A DNA stretch of 63,395 nucleotides, filler included. It is 6 parts of 6 records of this genome, joined end to end, with 100 filler letters (N's around TTAATTAATTAA, not from the genome) between each part and the next. Parts side by side here need not be neighbours in the genome. Positions count along the whole stretch, not along the records: positions 1 to 10,860 come from SRR31147125_5171; 5 more parts are not named here. The stretch is one strand, 5' to 3'. Shown in pieces: positions 1 through 10,860 of this stretch (position 1 is the first letter of the stretch; every line of letters starts with the position of its first letter). Below the pieces are notes generated by a model, which made no database searches, had not been told where the DNA came from, and saw only the letters and a program-made list of their open reading frames with translations. A program made the position numbers and the translations under genes.

Positions 1-66
1 AAAAAGAGGAATAAAACCGGGCAGTAATTTCTTAAAAAGTTGAGTCCTGTTCATAAAACATCGACA

Positions 67-600
67 TTATTCTTCGTCCTCGGATGTTTCAAGTGGAATA
101 ACCTTGTAAATCTCAACCTCCATTAATATGGTTTCGAAAGCTCCTACTCCAGTACCCGAACCACTTTGTCCATAGGCCAGTTCTGAGTTTATTACCAAGT
201 GCGATTTTGTACCTTCCTGCATATAAGTTACCGCTTCTTCAAGGCCTGCAATTGAACTTCCGGAACCAACTATAAACGAGTACGGATCGTAACGGTGTCC
301 ACTTAAATATCCATTGGTTTGGTCAACCGGAATACTATCCAACTCGTTAGATATTGTCCAGGTGGCATAATACATTTGAACCTTATCGCCGGGTTTAATT
401 GTATCACCAGTACCTGTACCCTCCTCGTTAAAATAATAAAGCCCCGAGCTTGTTGGCTCTGCTGGGATACACTATGTCTATATAATCTTTCAAAATAGCT
501 AATTCTTCCTGCCTAATTTTTTCATAACTAACACTATCCTCGCAGGCAAAAAAACAATTGCCCCCAAGACAGTAAATAGTACTGTTAGAAACTTCTTCAT
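67..600 (-). CDS. FKBP-type peptidyl-prolyl isomerase lipoprotein (split by two apparent indels)
   Basis: Reconstructed N-terminus MKKFLTVLFTVLGAIVFFACEDSVSYEKIRQEELAIL...EPTSSGLYY...GTGDTIKPGDKVQMYY joins ORF 67..375, which has FKBP motifs (IAGLEEAV, SELAYG). Shifts lie at the A7 run 548-554 and near 465. Confidence 0.75.
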
Positions 601-664
601 GGTATATAATTAATTTTGAGTCGCTCCTAAGGAGCTGGTTTTAATACTTACAAATTTAGTAAGC

Positions 665-1165
665 TTATTTTATTTCTTCCATTTCGACATTAAAAATTAA
701 TGTTGTATTTGGAGGAACACTTGAATAACCGGATTCTCCGTATGCAAATTCTGATGGAATAATAAGATAGCCTTGTGCTCCCTCGTCAAAAACCCTCATT
801 CCATCGTTCCATCCTTCAATATATCCGTTATCCGTTGATAATTCAAATTGCATTGGAGTTGATCCCGTGCCATCAAATATCTCACCGGTAACAAAAAAAC
901 CGGTATATGTCACAAAACAAGTATTTCCATCAGTAGGGAACGTTCCATTTCCAACAGAGTCTATAATGTAGTATATACCTAAATCTGTAGTATCAATGTT
1001 AACACCTCTGTTTTCAAGGGTATCTAAATATGTATTCAGAAGTGCCAATTCTTCTGCTTTTGTTGGCGGAACATATTCATCGTAATCGGTATCATCCATA
1101 CACGACACAACAAAAACACTAATGGTAACAGCTAATAAAAATCTTGTAAATAATTTCAAACTCAT
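665..1165 (-). CDS. FKBP-type peptidyl-prolyl isomerase lipoprotein
   Basis: Lipobox VVSC; FKBP motifs VTYTG, IEGWNDG, LIIPSEFAYG, PPNTTLIFNVE. Confidence 0.9.
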   Translation of the reverse strand: MSLKLFTRFLLAVTISVFVVSCMDDTDYDEYVPPTKAEELALLNTYLDTLENRGVNIDTTDLGIYYIIDSVGNGTFPTDGNTCFVTYTGFFVTGEIFDGTGSTPMQFELSTDNGYIEGWNDGMRVFDEGAQGYLIIPSEFAYGESGYSSVPPNTTLIFNVEMEEIK

Positions 1166-1176
1166 TTTTTCTAATT

Positions 1177-2217
1177 TTAAATTGTTGTACTCAACAATTG
1201 ATGCTTAAACTCGGGTAATAGTTGCGTGAATTTCAAAATTGTTTCGTCGAACGATAATTTCGACTCGCCACCAGCGGCATTCAAGTGCCCGCCACCATTA
1301 AAATGCTGAGAAGAAAAAGCATTTGCGGGGAAATTGCCCTTCGAACGAAATGAAGCTTTTACAAAGCCTTCTTTTTCAATAAACAGCGCACTAAAAACAA
1401 TATTATTTATCGACAGCGGATAATTCACAAATCCTTCTGTGTCGCCGGGCTTAAAATTAAATCGCTCAAGCTCTTCTCGGGTAAGGCTGATTACTGCAGC
1501 ACGGTACTGAGGAAAAACCTGCATTTTATCATTCAAACAATAGCCCAGCAGTTTCATACGCTCGGCAGAATAGTTGTGATATATCCCCGATTGTATTTGT
1601 GCAATATTAATTTCGTAGTTCAATAACTCAGAAACTACTTTAAATGTATTTTTCGATGTATTGTGGCTAAATCCACCGGTATCGGTTAAAATACCCGAAT
1701 ACATGGCTTCTGCTGCCTGGCGGTTAAGGTGCGATTCGAGCCCAATTTTACAAACAAGATCGAAAACCAACTCGGCTGTTGAACTATATTGTGGTTCAGA
1801 AACCATATAATCGCAGAAATTATTGGGATACGGATGATGGTCGATAAGAATTGTTGTTTTATCGAAACGAAGAATCATTGCTTCCAAATGCCCTGCACGT
1901 TTTGCGTCGTTAAAATCTACACAAATCAGAACATCAGCATCAAACATTAATTCCTTCACCTGTTTTTTATCTTTTTCGTAAATGGTAATTGGCACATCGG
2001 CAGAAAACCACTTTAAAAAATCGGGATAATTGTTTACAGGCAATATATTAACGGTATGGCCAAAATTCTGTAAAACCTGACCAAGCCCCAGTGCAGCTCC
2101 CATTGCATCTCCATCAGGATTTTCATGAGGCACTATTGCAATCTTCTTCTTTTCTTGAGCAAGAACCTGCCCAATCGATGTAATAGTCTGTATTTCAGTA
2201 TTTTTCAAAATATTCAA
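1177..2217 (-). CDS. nrnA: DHH/DHHA1 phosphoesterase (oligoribonuclease/pAp phosphatase NrnA-like)
   Basis: HENPDGDA, IDHH, TDTGGF, SFRS and GGGHLNAAG motifs. Confidence 0.88.
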   Translation of the reverse strand: MNILKNTEIQTITSIGQVLAQEKKKIAIVPHENPDGDAMGAALGLGQVLQNFGHTVNILPVNNYPDFLKWFSADVPITIYEKDKKQVKELMFDADVLICVDFNDAKRAGHLEAMILRFDKTTILIDHHPYPNNFCDYMVSEPQYSSTAELVFDLVCKIGLESHLNRQAAEAMYSGILTDTGGFSHNTSKNTFKVVSELLNYEINIAQIQSGIYHNYSAERMKLLGYCLNDKMQVFPQYRAAVISLTREELERFNFKPGDTEGFVNYPLSINNIVFSALFIEKEGFVKASFRSKGNFPANAFSSQHFNGGGHLNAAGGESKLSFDETILKFTQLLPEFKHQLLSTTI

Positions 2218-2322
2218 AAATTAGAACTGACAAATATAAGAATTCTTGCAGGGGAAAAAGGTTAATTCATCCTATTTTTAGTATTATTGTATATCAACAA
2301 CTAATAGTTAAAAACTACAACT

Positions 2323-2745
2323 ATGGCAGGGAACATAACTTTTACCATAATTAAACCTACCGCCGTAAAAAACAATAACACAGGCGCTATTTTAAAAATG
2401 ATAAATGAAGCCGGTTTTATAATAAGAGCTTTAAAATTTACCCGAATGTCGAAAACACAGGCGGAAGCTTTCTATTCAATTCATAAGGGGAAGCCTTTTT
2501 ACGAAGCGCTGATTGCATTCATGAGCTCGGGGCCAATTGTAGCTGCTATTCTGCAAAAAGAAAATGCCATTGATGATTACCGAAAGTTAATTGGTGCAAC
2601 AAATCCTGACAATGCAGCAGAAGGAACAGTTCGTAAGTTGTTTGCCTGCAGTGTTACCCAAAATGCAGTTCACGGTGCCGACAGCGATGAAAATGCATGC
2701 AAAGAAGCCGACTTTTTCTTTTCAACCTTCGAAAGATTTTATTAG
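2323..2745 (+). CDS. ndk: Nucleoside-diphosphate kinase
   Basis: TFTIIKP, FY..H.GKPFY, GATNP, NAVHGADS with the catalytic His. Confidence 0.95.
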   Translation: MAGNITFTIIKPTAVKNNNTGAILKMINEAGFIIRALKFTRMSKTQAEAFYSIHKGKPFYEALIAFMSSGPIVAAILQKENAIDDYRKLIGATNPDNAAEGTVRKLFACSVTQNAVHGADSDENACKEADFFFSTFERFY

Positions 2746-2756
2746 AAGCAATTAAA

Positions 2757-2798
2757 AAAATCCTGTGCTGAAGTAAGAAATCAACCACACAGGATTTT
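2757..2798. terminator. Probable bidirectional terminator between ndk and the mutarotase gene
   Basis: Inverted repeat AAAATCCTGTG...CACAGGATTTT between convergent genes. Confidence 0.6.
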
Positions 2799-2807
2799 CG
2801 TTAAATA

Positions 2808-3703
2808 TTATTCAACAGCAATAATTGTGGTGGTTTCGTGTGCTTCTCCCGGAGCAAGTGAAATAACATTATTAATTTTATTTACCGTTTCGAGGCATAC
2901 AAAGGTTTCGTAGCTATTGTCGGGCATATCTCCCATTTCTTTACAGGTTTCAGCACCCGGATTCCAAACTGTGGAATTTTTGCTGCCTTCTTTATCGACA
3001 GTAATTTTCCGCGAAAATAAAGGATCGTGAATGGTACACTTGGTTTCAGTATCGAAATAATGATGCGTTAATGCATCTTCAATTTTCAGGAACTTCTCTT
3101 CCTGAACGTAATTGTTTCCATCAAGCTGATCGTTATACTGAGTATCTTCCAGGCCTTCAATGGCAATATTTTCGATACCCGACACAGTAAAATACGTATG
3201 CAAAGCACTTGTATATTCTATATTTTTGCCCGAAGTGTTTGTTATTTTTAGAGTTGCCCGAAGTTGTGTTCCGATTGTAAAAATCATTTCGGCACAAAAA
3301 TCGTGTGGCCAGTATTTATGGATTCTTCCGACGAACAAAGTTGCAACACCAGTAAACTTTCGCCGTTCGCTAAAGTTTTTGCTTCTTTTACATCCCAATT
3401 CATCAGGCGTCCGAAACCATGCTGTGGCAAAGCACTATCGCTTTCATGCGGTCCAAACCATGGAAAACAAACCGGAATTCCGCCGCGTATCGCTTTTCCT
3501 TCCTCAAAAAGACTATCCGGACTCATCCACAATACTTCTAAAGATTTGTGTGGCCTAAAATTGGTAATATGCGCACCATACAAACAAATATTGGCATCGG
3601 CATATTTATTGGCTATTGTGGCAAAAATCAAGTCTCCTTCCAATTCCATGAAACCTATTTCGCCCTCAACTCCAAACTTTTCGTTTAATTCTTCTGTGTT
3701 CAT
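2808..3703 (-). CDS. D-hexose-6-phosphate mutarotase (aldose 1-epimerase family, YeaD-like), one apparent frameshift
   Basis: AIRGGIPVCFPWFG and QHGFGR in ORF 3284..3703; ALHTYF, VWNPG and FVCLE in ORF 2808..3398. One extra A at about 3315-3317 joins them. Confidence 0.88.
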
Positions 3704-3712
3704 CGATTAATA

Positions 3713-4003
3713 TTATTTAAATACAATTCGGTTAATTATTTCTTCGCCGGCATTCAAGTTAATTTTCCGGCAAATTTCGTCGCGCATTAAAAACAATTCG
3801 TTTTTCACCACAGCCGAGCTGATATCAACATATAAAACCCGGTTTCTGATATAAATATTTCGGGTATAATGGGCAATTGTTTTTCCCAACAAATTCTCCC
3901 AGCCCTCAACAATATCAACTTCCTTTAATTTTCTGTCGATACGATTTTCCTTAATAAAAACTTTCAGTACTTCGCTTAACGATTGTGTATTACTTCTTCT
4001 CAT
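3713..4003 (-). CDS. DUF721/DciA-family protein
   Basis: 96 aa, W..L.G..IA..T and SSAVVKNEL pattern; typical position downstream of recF in Bacteroidota. Confidence 0.8.
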   Translation of the reverse strand: MRRSNTQSLSEVLKVFIKENRIDRKLKEVDIVEGWENLLGKTIAHYTRNIYIRNRVLYVDISSAVVKNELFLMRDEICRKINLNAGEEIINRIVFK

Positions 4004-5107
4004 TTTGCCAATTCAACATTTCCGTTATCAACTTTAAAAATTCGGTTATCAGTTTCCATTTTTTCAATAATGGAATCGAGATGCTCGCGATTAGTATCGG
4101 TAATAAATATCTGTCCGAACTGTTCGCCCGTTACTGTAGCAACAATTTGTTCTACCCGGTATTGGTCAAGTTTATCAAAAATATCGTCGAGCAGGAGTAT
4201 TGGTTTTTGGCCCGATATTTCTTTTATGAAATCGAACTGAGCCAGTTTTAAAGCCACCAAAAAAGGTTTTTTTCTGGCCTTGCGAGCCTAGTTTTTTTAT
4301 CGGATACTCCCCTATTTTCAACAATAAATCGTCTTTATGAATACCCACTGTTGTATATTGAACTATTCTGTCTTTTGCTCGTGCTTCATTTAGTAAATCG
4401 GCGAAGGTATTTTCATACAAATCAGAGTTATGCACTAAAACAACCTCTTCGTTCCCCTGGGAGATATAATTATAGTACTGCTGAAAAACCGGGATTAATT
4501 TCTGAACGAACTCCGCTCTTTGCTTGTGAATGCGCCCTCCGTATTCCATTAACTGGTTATCCCAAATAGAAAGCAATTCTTCATCGAAATAACGATCGGC
4601 AGCAAATTGTTTCAATAAGTTATTGCGCTGAACAAGTGCACGATTATATTTCAGCAAATCGTCGAGGTAATTCTGGTTGTATTGCGAAATAACGCCATCC
4701 ATAAATTTCCTACGTTCGTCGCTTCCTCCAAGAATAAGATTAACATCAGAGGGTGTAATCATTACCAGTGGCAGCAGCCCAATATGTTCCTGCAGCTTTT
4801 TATATACCTTGGTATTTCGTTTAAATTGTTTTTTCTGACCCTTTTGCAAACCACACGAAATAACTTCTAAAGCTTCAGACCGAATATAATTGCCGGTAAG
4901 CATAAAATAGTTTTCTTCGTGAAGAATATTTAAAAGGTCGGTGGCATTGAAAAAACTTTTGCAAAACGACAAATAATAAATAGCGTCGAGCATATTGGTC
5001 TTTCCGGCACCGTTTTTACCGATAAAACAATTGAGCTTTGGCGAAAATTCAACCCTTGCTTCATTAATGTTCTTAAAATTTACAATTGAAATCTCGTCAA
5101 TCTGCAT
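4000..5107 (-). CDS. recF: DNA replication/repair protein RecF (one apparent frameshift)
   Basis: Walker A GKNGAGKT, ERRKFMD, GSQGQKK. Removing one T from the run at 4259-4264 continues into VALKLAQF...PILLLDDIFDKLD (Walker B). Confidence 0.93.
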
Positions 5108-5286
5108 TTTTTAACTGATAATTAAGTGCTACAAAACTATTAAAAAAGGCAGCACAATTCTGAAATGTTTATAAAAAGCATTTAATAACAGCTTTATGTT
5201 GATTATTATTCAAAATAATAGGAACATACGATCAGCAATTTTGAAAAAAAAACTATTTTTGCGCAACAATTTTGAAAAAGAGAGAA

Positions 5287-5973
5287 ATGAGCAACAAGAA
5301 AACTGAACAAGTTGATAATTTACAAGAACTTGAAAGTGCGTTAACAAAAACGGAACAATTTATTGAAGATAACCAAAAGATTATTAGTTATGTAGTTGGT
5401 GGAATTGTTCTGGTTGTAGCAGCTTACCTTGGTTTTAATAAATTTTATCTGCAACCAAAAGAAGACGAAGCATTGTCGCAAATGTTTATGGCCGAGAATT
5501 ATTTTGAGAAAGACTCTTTTAATCTGGCTATTAACGGTGATGGCAACTACCTTGGCTTCCTCGACATTATTGATGAATATGGAGTAACAAAAGCTGCAAA
5601 CCGTGCAACATATTACGCAGGTGTTTCTTACTTGCACTTAGGGCAGTACGAAGACGCTATTGATTACCTGAATAAATTTGAAACCGACGACTTACTTTTG
5701 GCTCCTGTTGCTGAAGGTGCAAAAGGCGATGCTTATTTAGAGCTCGGTGAAAGTGATAACGCTTTAAAACAATACAAGAAAGCATACTCGGTTACAGATA
5801 ACGAGTTAACAACACCTATTTACATGATGAAAGCAGCACAATTGCTTGAATCGATGGACGAACTGGAAGATGCGCTTGATATGTACGAAGAAATTAAGGA
5901 TAAATATCCTACTTCTACCGAAGGCACAAACGCAGAACGTTACATTGCACGTGTAAAAACTAAATTGAATTAA
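5287..5973 (+). CDS. Membrane-anchored TPR protein (YfgM-like)
   Basis: Single TM followed by TPR helices; usual position between recF and ribH in Bacteroidota. Confidence 0.8.
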   Translation: MSNKKTEQVDNLQELESALTKTEQFIEDNQKIISYVVGGIVLVVAAYLGFNKFYLQPKEDEALSQMFMAENYFEKDSFNLAINGDGNYLGFLDIIDEYGVTKAANRATYYAGVSYLHLGQYEDAIDYLNKFETDDLLLAPVAEGAKGDAYLELGESDNALKQYKKAYSVTDNELTTPIYMMKAAQLLESMDELEDALDMYEEIKDKYPTSTEGTNAERYIARVKTKLN

Positions 5974-5998
5974 AAAATTCAATCTATTATATAGTTGT

Positions 5999-6021
5999 AC
6001 CCCTCTTCGGAGGGGTTTTTT
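5999..6021 (+). terminator. Intrinsic terminator
   Basis: ACCCCTC-TTCG-GAGGGGT followed by a T-tract. Confidence 0.8.
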
Positions 6022-6092
6022 GTTTATATTATTTTAGTAGAATTATTCCAGCACCTTTGTTGTTGGATTTTATACATTAACATCGAAACATT

Positions 6093-6575
6093 ATGGCAAC
6101 AAAAGATTTATCGGCATACGACATAAATTCTGTTCCGTCGGCAGAAAAAATGAGATTTGGAATTGTAGTGGCAGAATGGAACTGGGAGATTATATCGGCA
6201 TTGGCAAACGGAGCTGCTGAAACCCTAAAAAAACACGATGTTTCCGAAGAAAATATTATTATTAAATATGTGCCGGGAACATTCGAGTTACCATTGGGCG
6301 GCCAGTTCTTTGCCGAAATGGATAATGTTGATGCCGTTATTTTACTGGGTTGTGTAATTCAGGGTGAAACTCGTCATTTCGATTACATTTGCGAAGCCGT
6401 GGCACAAGGCACAAAAGATTTAAATTTGAAATACAACAAGCCATTTATTTTTGGTGTGCTTACAACCAACGACCAACAGCAGGCTTTAGACCGCGCCGGA
6501 GGTAAACATGGTAACAAAGGAGACGAAGCTGCCGTTACTGCCATAAAAATGGTAGACTTACAACGCTCGTTTTAA
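6093..6575 (+). CDS. ribH: 6,7-dimethyl-8-ribityllumazine synthase
   Basis: VPGTFELP, LGCVIQGETRHFDYI, FGVLTT, NKGDEAA. Confidence 0.96.
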   Translation: MATKDLSAYDINSVPSAEKMRFGIVVAEWNWEIISALANGAAETLKKHDVSEENIIIKYVPGTFELPLGGQFFAEMDNVDAVILLGCVIQGETRHFDYICEAVAQGTKDLNLKYNKPFIFGVLTTNDQQQALDRAGGKHGNKGDEAAVTAIKMVDLQRSF

Positions 6576-6763
6576 AAGACAAAGACATTCGTAATTCGTT
6601 CTAATCATCAACAGTTCATATATCAATCCCCTTTTTTTCCTGGCAAAGTTAGCAGTGCTCAGTAAGGACAGGTTTTGAACACGACATTACAGCAAACAAA
6701 AAGGGGCTTGCATATGCAAACCCCACAAAAACTTAAACAAAACCAACCGTATGAAACTACAGG

Positions 6764-7159
6764 TTAGCGTCGTTGCCGGCCCTGACCGCGCCTTGAACGC
6801 ATCTCCTGTTGATATTTTTCGTATTTAACCCATTGTTCTTCAGTGAGAACTTCTTTCATTTTTTTATTCTCCTCAGAACGAATTTCCATCATTTTCTCGC
6901 GCATCGATTCTCTGTCTCCACCATCTGACATTTCTTCGCGCATTGCCGACATTTTTTTGCCCGACTCTACATAAATATCGTAGACTTTTTCTTCCTGCTC
7001 TTTATTTAAATCCAACGTTTCATCTAAACGTTCAACTTGTTGCTTTGCTCTTTCTTCGGGACTTAATCTTTGACGGCTACCGCGATCGCCAGTGTTCTGT
7101 GCCATTACAGAGAATACGCCAAACATTAAAATCATTGTTAAAAATCCAATTTTCTTCAT
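6764..7159 (-). CDS. Secreted helical protein (DUF4890/Spy-CpxP-like)
   Basis: Signal peptide; LDLNKEQ and VLTEEQ (LTxxQ-like) motifs; Arg/Gly-rich ends. Confidence 0.7.
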   Translation of the reverse strand: MKKIGFLTMILMFGVFSVMAQNTGDRGSRQRLSPEERAKQQVERLDETLDLNKEQEEKVYDIYVESGKKMSAMREEMSDGGDRESMREKMMEIRSEENKKMKEVLTEEQWVKYEKYQQEMRSRRGQGRQRR

Positions 7160-7239
7160 GATATCTATTTTATTAAAAATTCATACCACTTTGACCAGTG
7201 TAAGAAGAAAAAGTTTAAAAGGGAAAGTTTTAAAGAAAG

Positions 7240-7884
7240 TTAAATTGAGAAACTCAGGTTTAAACCAATAATATCCGAAGTAATCCAGCTTGTATCTTTT
7301 TTGGCCTTTTCAAGCGAATAATAAAACTTCATATCGAAATGCTTTTTATCTAAAGCTTTAATACCTGAATAAAACCGTGCTAAATGTGTACCGTCGCCAT
7401 TCATTTTAAAATACGACTCTTCGGCCAGATAAAATTGCATGCCCCAATCTGTAAAACCGGGAAACTCGATTGCAAATTGTTGTTTATGCCTAAAATAATC
7501 GTCTTGTTCTTTATACGTTCGGAGTTCGAACCGATTTTGAAATTTGAATTCCAGCTCCTTAATTACTTTCGACAGACTTACAAATAACATTGGCCTGTTC
7601 TCTTTTAACCAGTCGCCGTCGGTTATATTTTTAGAAGAACATCTGAATCCAGCTCCATATTCAATCCATTCAGCAATATCGTGGCCCACAAAAATTTCGC
7701 TGTATTTTAAATCCACCTCGCAACTTTCGGGTAAATAATGAAATTTTTGATTTACCTGCAGAAATATATCTTTTACTGGTTCTATTTCAACCTGGTTTTT
7801 GTTCCATAATAAAAACTTGCGTTCCTGTCCGATGGATTGAACTGATAGCAATAATAACAATAGTATGACGCAGAATTTATTCAT
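7240..7884 (-). CDS. Outer-membrane beta-barrel protein (DUF2490-like)
   Basis: Signal peptide from MNKFCV; ENRP, NRFELR, YFRHK motifs; amphipathic C-terminal strand. Confidence 0.7.
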   Translation of the reverse strand: MNKFCVILLLLLLSVQSIGQERKFLLWNKNQVEIEPVKDIFLQVNQKFHYLPESCEVDLKYSEIFVGHDIAEWIEYGAGFRCSSKNITDGDWLKENRPMLFVSLSKVIKELEFKFQNRFELRTYKEQDDYFRHKQQFAIEFPGFTDWGMQFYLAEESYFKMNGDGTHLARFYSGIKALDKKHFDMKFYYSLEKAKKDTSWITSDIIGLNLSFSI

Positions 7885-8067
7885 GGCCCCAAAAATATAA
7901 AAACAAAAAGAATAACACAAAGCAGCATTCCGATACAATTATGATTAACAGTACTATCTCGTTCCTCAATGCAATAACCTGAGTCCGATTCTAAATATTT
8001 ATTGAATTTGACAAAAATCAGATTTGGCAAATATATTTTCCGTACATTTGGACCAAAATCGTCGAAA

Positions 8068-8646
8068 ATGGGAAAAAGTAAAGTAAAACTACAAATAATT
8101 GCAGCTGCCGGAACAACATTTAGCCGTTATGGTTTTAAGAAAACTACGATGGATGATATTGCTTTTGCTGCCGGAAAAGGAAAAAGTTCGCTTTACTACT
8201 ACTTTAAAAACAAGGAAGAGGTTTTCGAGGCTGTGGTTGATCAGGAGGCTCAACAAATTAAAGACAATATAAGCAATGCCTTAGAACAAAATGAAAAAGC
8301 AGTCGAGAAACTACGCAAGTACATTTCGCTTCGTATGAACCGTTTTATTGCGAAAGGGAATCTTTATACTGCGCTTAACGATAATTTTCTGGCAACATTC
8401 GCATTTATTGAAAAAATAAGAGACAAACACCGTGAATGGGAATTGGCTGTAATTAAACAAATACTGCACGAAGGGCTTGAAAGCAAAGAATTTAAGCCAC
8501 TTAATCCGGATTTTATGGGGAGCGTAATTTTAACTGCCATGATAGGTTTTGAGCTACCACTTTTAAAAAATCCGGAATCGAATATTGAATTTGAAAATAA
8601 AATTAACCAGGTAATAAGCATGTTGTTTTACGGAATATGTACGTAA
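8068..8646 (+). CDS. TetR/AcrR family transcriptional regulator
   Basis: GFKKTTMDDIA...GKSSLYYYFKNKEE HTH; Bacteroidota -7 box TACATTTG at 8043-8050. Confidence 0.92.
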   Translation: MGKSKVKLQIIAAAGTTFSRYGFKKTTMDDIAFAAGKGKSSLYYYFKNKEEVFEAVVDQEAQQIKDNISNALEQNEKAVEKLRKYISLRMNRFIAKGNLYTALNDNFLATFAFIEKIRDKHREWELAVIKQILHEGLESKEFKPLNPDFMGSVILTAMIGFELPLLKNPESNIEFENKINQVISMLFYGICT

Positions 8647-8658
8647 AAAAATTTTAGC

Positions 8659-8693
8659 ACAAACCGACCATTTTAGATGATTGGTCGTTTTGT
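8659..8693. promoter_or_regulatory. Inverted repeat, candidate TetR operator upstream of the porin gene
   Basis: ACAAACCGACCA-N11-TGGTCGTTTTGT, 11 of 12 positions complementary. Confidence 0.45.
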
Positions 8694-8782
8694 CGAATTT
8701 GTACTTATAAATAACAATTAAACAGAATAATATGAGAACAAAAGGATTAAAACAATTAGAAAAATCGAAAGGGAAATTTAAA

Positions 8783-9397
8783 ATGGAAAAATTTATAAAA
8801 AAAGCAGGAATAACTTTGCTGCTAGTTTGCGCGATTGTAATATCGAACGCACAGGTGCAATATGGAATAAAAGCCAATTTTGGTGGTACATGTCAGTCGG
8901 ATTTGCTGGAAATTGCACAGAATTGCGACAATAGACTTACATACAGTTTTGGAGCTGTTGCCAAATACCAGTTTACCGAATGTTTTGCGCTAAAATCGGG
9001 TTTGGAGTTCCAGCAGAAAGGAAGAGAGTTAGATGAAAACGGAATTGAACTTTCGAATAAAGTTAAGTACCTAACCTTACCACTAAAAGCTGAATTTTCG
9101 GCCGGAGAAAAAGCAGGTTTCAAAAACGGACAACGTTTATTTTTTACTATAGGTCCTTACCTTGGATATATGCTCGATGCAGAAGAAGAATTAAACGGTA
9201 CTACATCTGATATTACCGACGACACTAAAAATTTTGATACCGGTTTATCTTTCGAAATTGGTTTTGAATTTCCGGTATTTAACGAAAAAGCTTTACAGCT
9301 TGGCTTAAATTACGATATGGGTTTTGTTGAAATTTATAAATCGGAGCCCGATTTACACAACAAAATGGCAACAATAAGTTTAGCGATGATGTTTTAA
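8783..9397 (+). CDS. Porin family / OMP beta-barrel protein (PorT-like)
   Basis: Signal peptide, QYGIKANFG, YLTLPL, GPYLGY, C-terminal Phe; alternative start at 8732. Confidence 0.8.
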   Translation: MEKFIKKAGITLLLVCAIVISNAQVQYGIKANFGGTCQSDLLEIAQNCDNRLTYSFGAVAKYQFTECFALKSGLEFQQKGRELDENGIELSNKVKYLTLPLKAEFSAGEKAGFKNGQRLFFTIGPYLGYMLDAEEELNGTTSDITDDTKNFDTGLSFEIGFEFPVFNEKALQLGLNYDMGFVEIYKSEPDLHNKMATISLAMMF

Positions 9398-9417
9398 AAA
9401 AGGGATTATTAAAACGT

Positions 9418-9448
9418 AAAAAGGGTTGCCGTTTGGCAACCCTTTTTT
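9418..9448. terminator. Bidirectional intrinsic terminator
   Basis: AAAAAGGGTTGCC-GTTT-GGCAACCCTTTTTT between convergent genes. Confidence 0.85.
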
Positions 9449-9467
9449 AGTATCATTAAACCGGTAA

Positions 9468-10835
9468 TTAATAACCGTCGTTCTGAACCATATTTGAATT
9501 GGCATCCATTTCTGCCTGAGGAATAGGCCAAGCCATTCTGTCATCACCGTAAGGAATAGTAGCAGAAATATTCTGCTGTAGAGAAATTTTCTCAACATCC
9601 ATTCCGGTTCTCAACATATCATCGTAACGTTTTCCTTCAAAGATGAATTCTTTTCTTCTTTCAGTGATAATGTCGTCTTTAGTAACTTCAGTGTAAGCTT
9701 CTACGCCACGGTTAGCAGCAAGCAGGTTAATTTGAGTTAATGCATCGCCACCTGTTTCAAGTAAAGCTTCTGCATAGTTTAAAATAACCTCTTCGTACCT
9801 GATAACACCTACGTTATCGTATCCTTGATTATCGGGATATTTACCAATATTTCTAAGCATGTCGTCTTCCATTCCAAGAATTTCAGCACGTACATCACCT
9901 TCTTCATATAAATCAGCAACTTCGTCTAAAGCCTGAACATCTCCGTAGCTACCACCATCGGTAGTTCTGTAGATATAAGCCAAACCGTTAATTCCCTGGT
10001 TGTCGCTTGAGTTAAAAGCAAGTTCAAAAATTGAGTTTGCTGAAGCATCAGAACCAAAAGAAGCAACATAACCATCCTCTGTCATAATTGAGTACAATCC
10101 AGAGTTGATTACTGCTTCGGCTGCAGTTATTGCATCGCTCCACATACCGAAGTAAACATATACGCTCGATTCAATTGCTTTGGCAGCGTACTTTGTTAAG
10201 AATTCTGGTGAATCTTCATAATCTTGATCCATCATATCAAAAGCAGTTTGCAAATCAGCAATAATCATACTTTTTACTTCTTCTACCGTGTTACGTGCAG
10301 GATAAAGGTCATCACCTTTAAACTCGGTAACATAAGGTATACCTAATGTTCCGCCTACATGTTGCTGACCGTACTGTTTTAAAAGATCGAAATGTACTAA
10401 AGCACGCATTGCGTAAGCCTGACCTTGCATGTGTTTAATGTAAGCTGCATCACCTGACATCTCATCAGGATTTACACCAATTACAATATTCGCGCTGGCA
10501 AGTGTTTCATAAGCTTCATCCCAGAAATAACCAGTATTGGCATTGTAAGTATACGAAGCCTGAGTTGTAAAACGACCTGAGTTACCGTTTGAGAAACAGT
10601 TGTCAGTTCTTACTTCGTTAGTAATAATTAAATCTCTTCCGTAGTAACCACTTTCAGTCATACGACTATAGGCACCCTTTAAAATACCATACAAGTTTGA
10701 ATCCGACTCAATACCTCCTTCAACAGGTTTATTTTGTTCTGTTGCCGGTTCTAAGTCATCGGTTGTACAAGCATTTATTGCAACAAGGAATACAAACACA
10801 GTTGCAAGCCTTGATAAAATATTAAATGTTTTCAT
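9468..10835 (-). CDS. RagB/SusD family outer-membrane lipoprotein
   Basis: Lipobox INAC; MRALVHFDL, IRYEEVILNYAEA, ERRKEFIFEGKR, WPIPQAE, QNDGY. Confidence 0.93.
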   Translation of the reverse strand: MKTFNILSRLATVFVFLVAINACTTDDLEPATEQNKPVEGGIESDSNLYGILKGAYSRMTESGYYGRDLIITNEVRTDNCFSNGNSGRFTTQASYTYNANTGYFWDEAYETLASANIVIGVNPDEMSGDAAYIKHMQGQAYAMRALVHFDLLKQYGQQHVGGTLGIPYVTEFKGDDLYPARNTVEEVKSMIIADLQTAFDMMDQDYEDSPEFLTKYAAKAIESSVYVYFGMWSDAITAAEAVINSGLYSIMTEDGYVASFGSDASANSIFELAFNSSDNQGINGLAYIYRTTDGGSYGDVQALDEVADLYEEGDVRAEILGMEDDMLRNIGKYPDNQGYDNVGVIRYEEVILNYAEALLETGGDALTQINLLAANRGVEAYTEVTKDDIITERRKEFIFEGKRYDDMLRTGMDVEKISLQQNISATIPYGDDRMAWPIPQAEMDANSNMVQNDGY

Positions 10836-10841
10836 GTTTTC

Positions 10842-10860
10842 TTAAAATTTTACGTTAACA
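10842..10860 (-). CDS. Extreme C-terminus of a probable SusC/TonB-dependent receptor (partial)
   Basis: Reads ...VNVKF* directly upstream of susD at the contig edge. Confidence 0.5.

Noticed and set aside
4000..5107. recF pseudogene or programmed frameshift
   Set aside because: There is a single extra T in a homopolymer, both halves are intact, and many similar indels occur elsewhere.
5974..6092. FMN riboswitch upstream of ribH
   Set aside because: The region holds only a terminator and an AT-rich spacer, with no RFN consensus.
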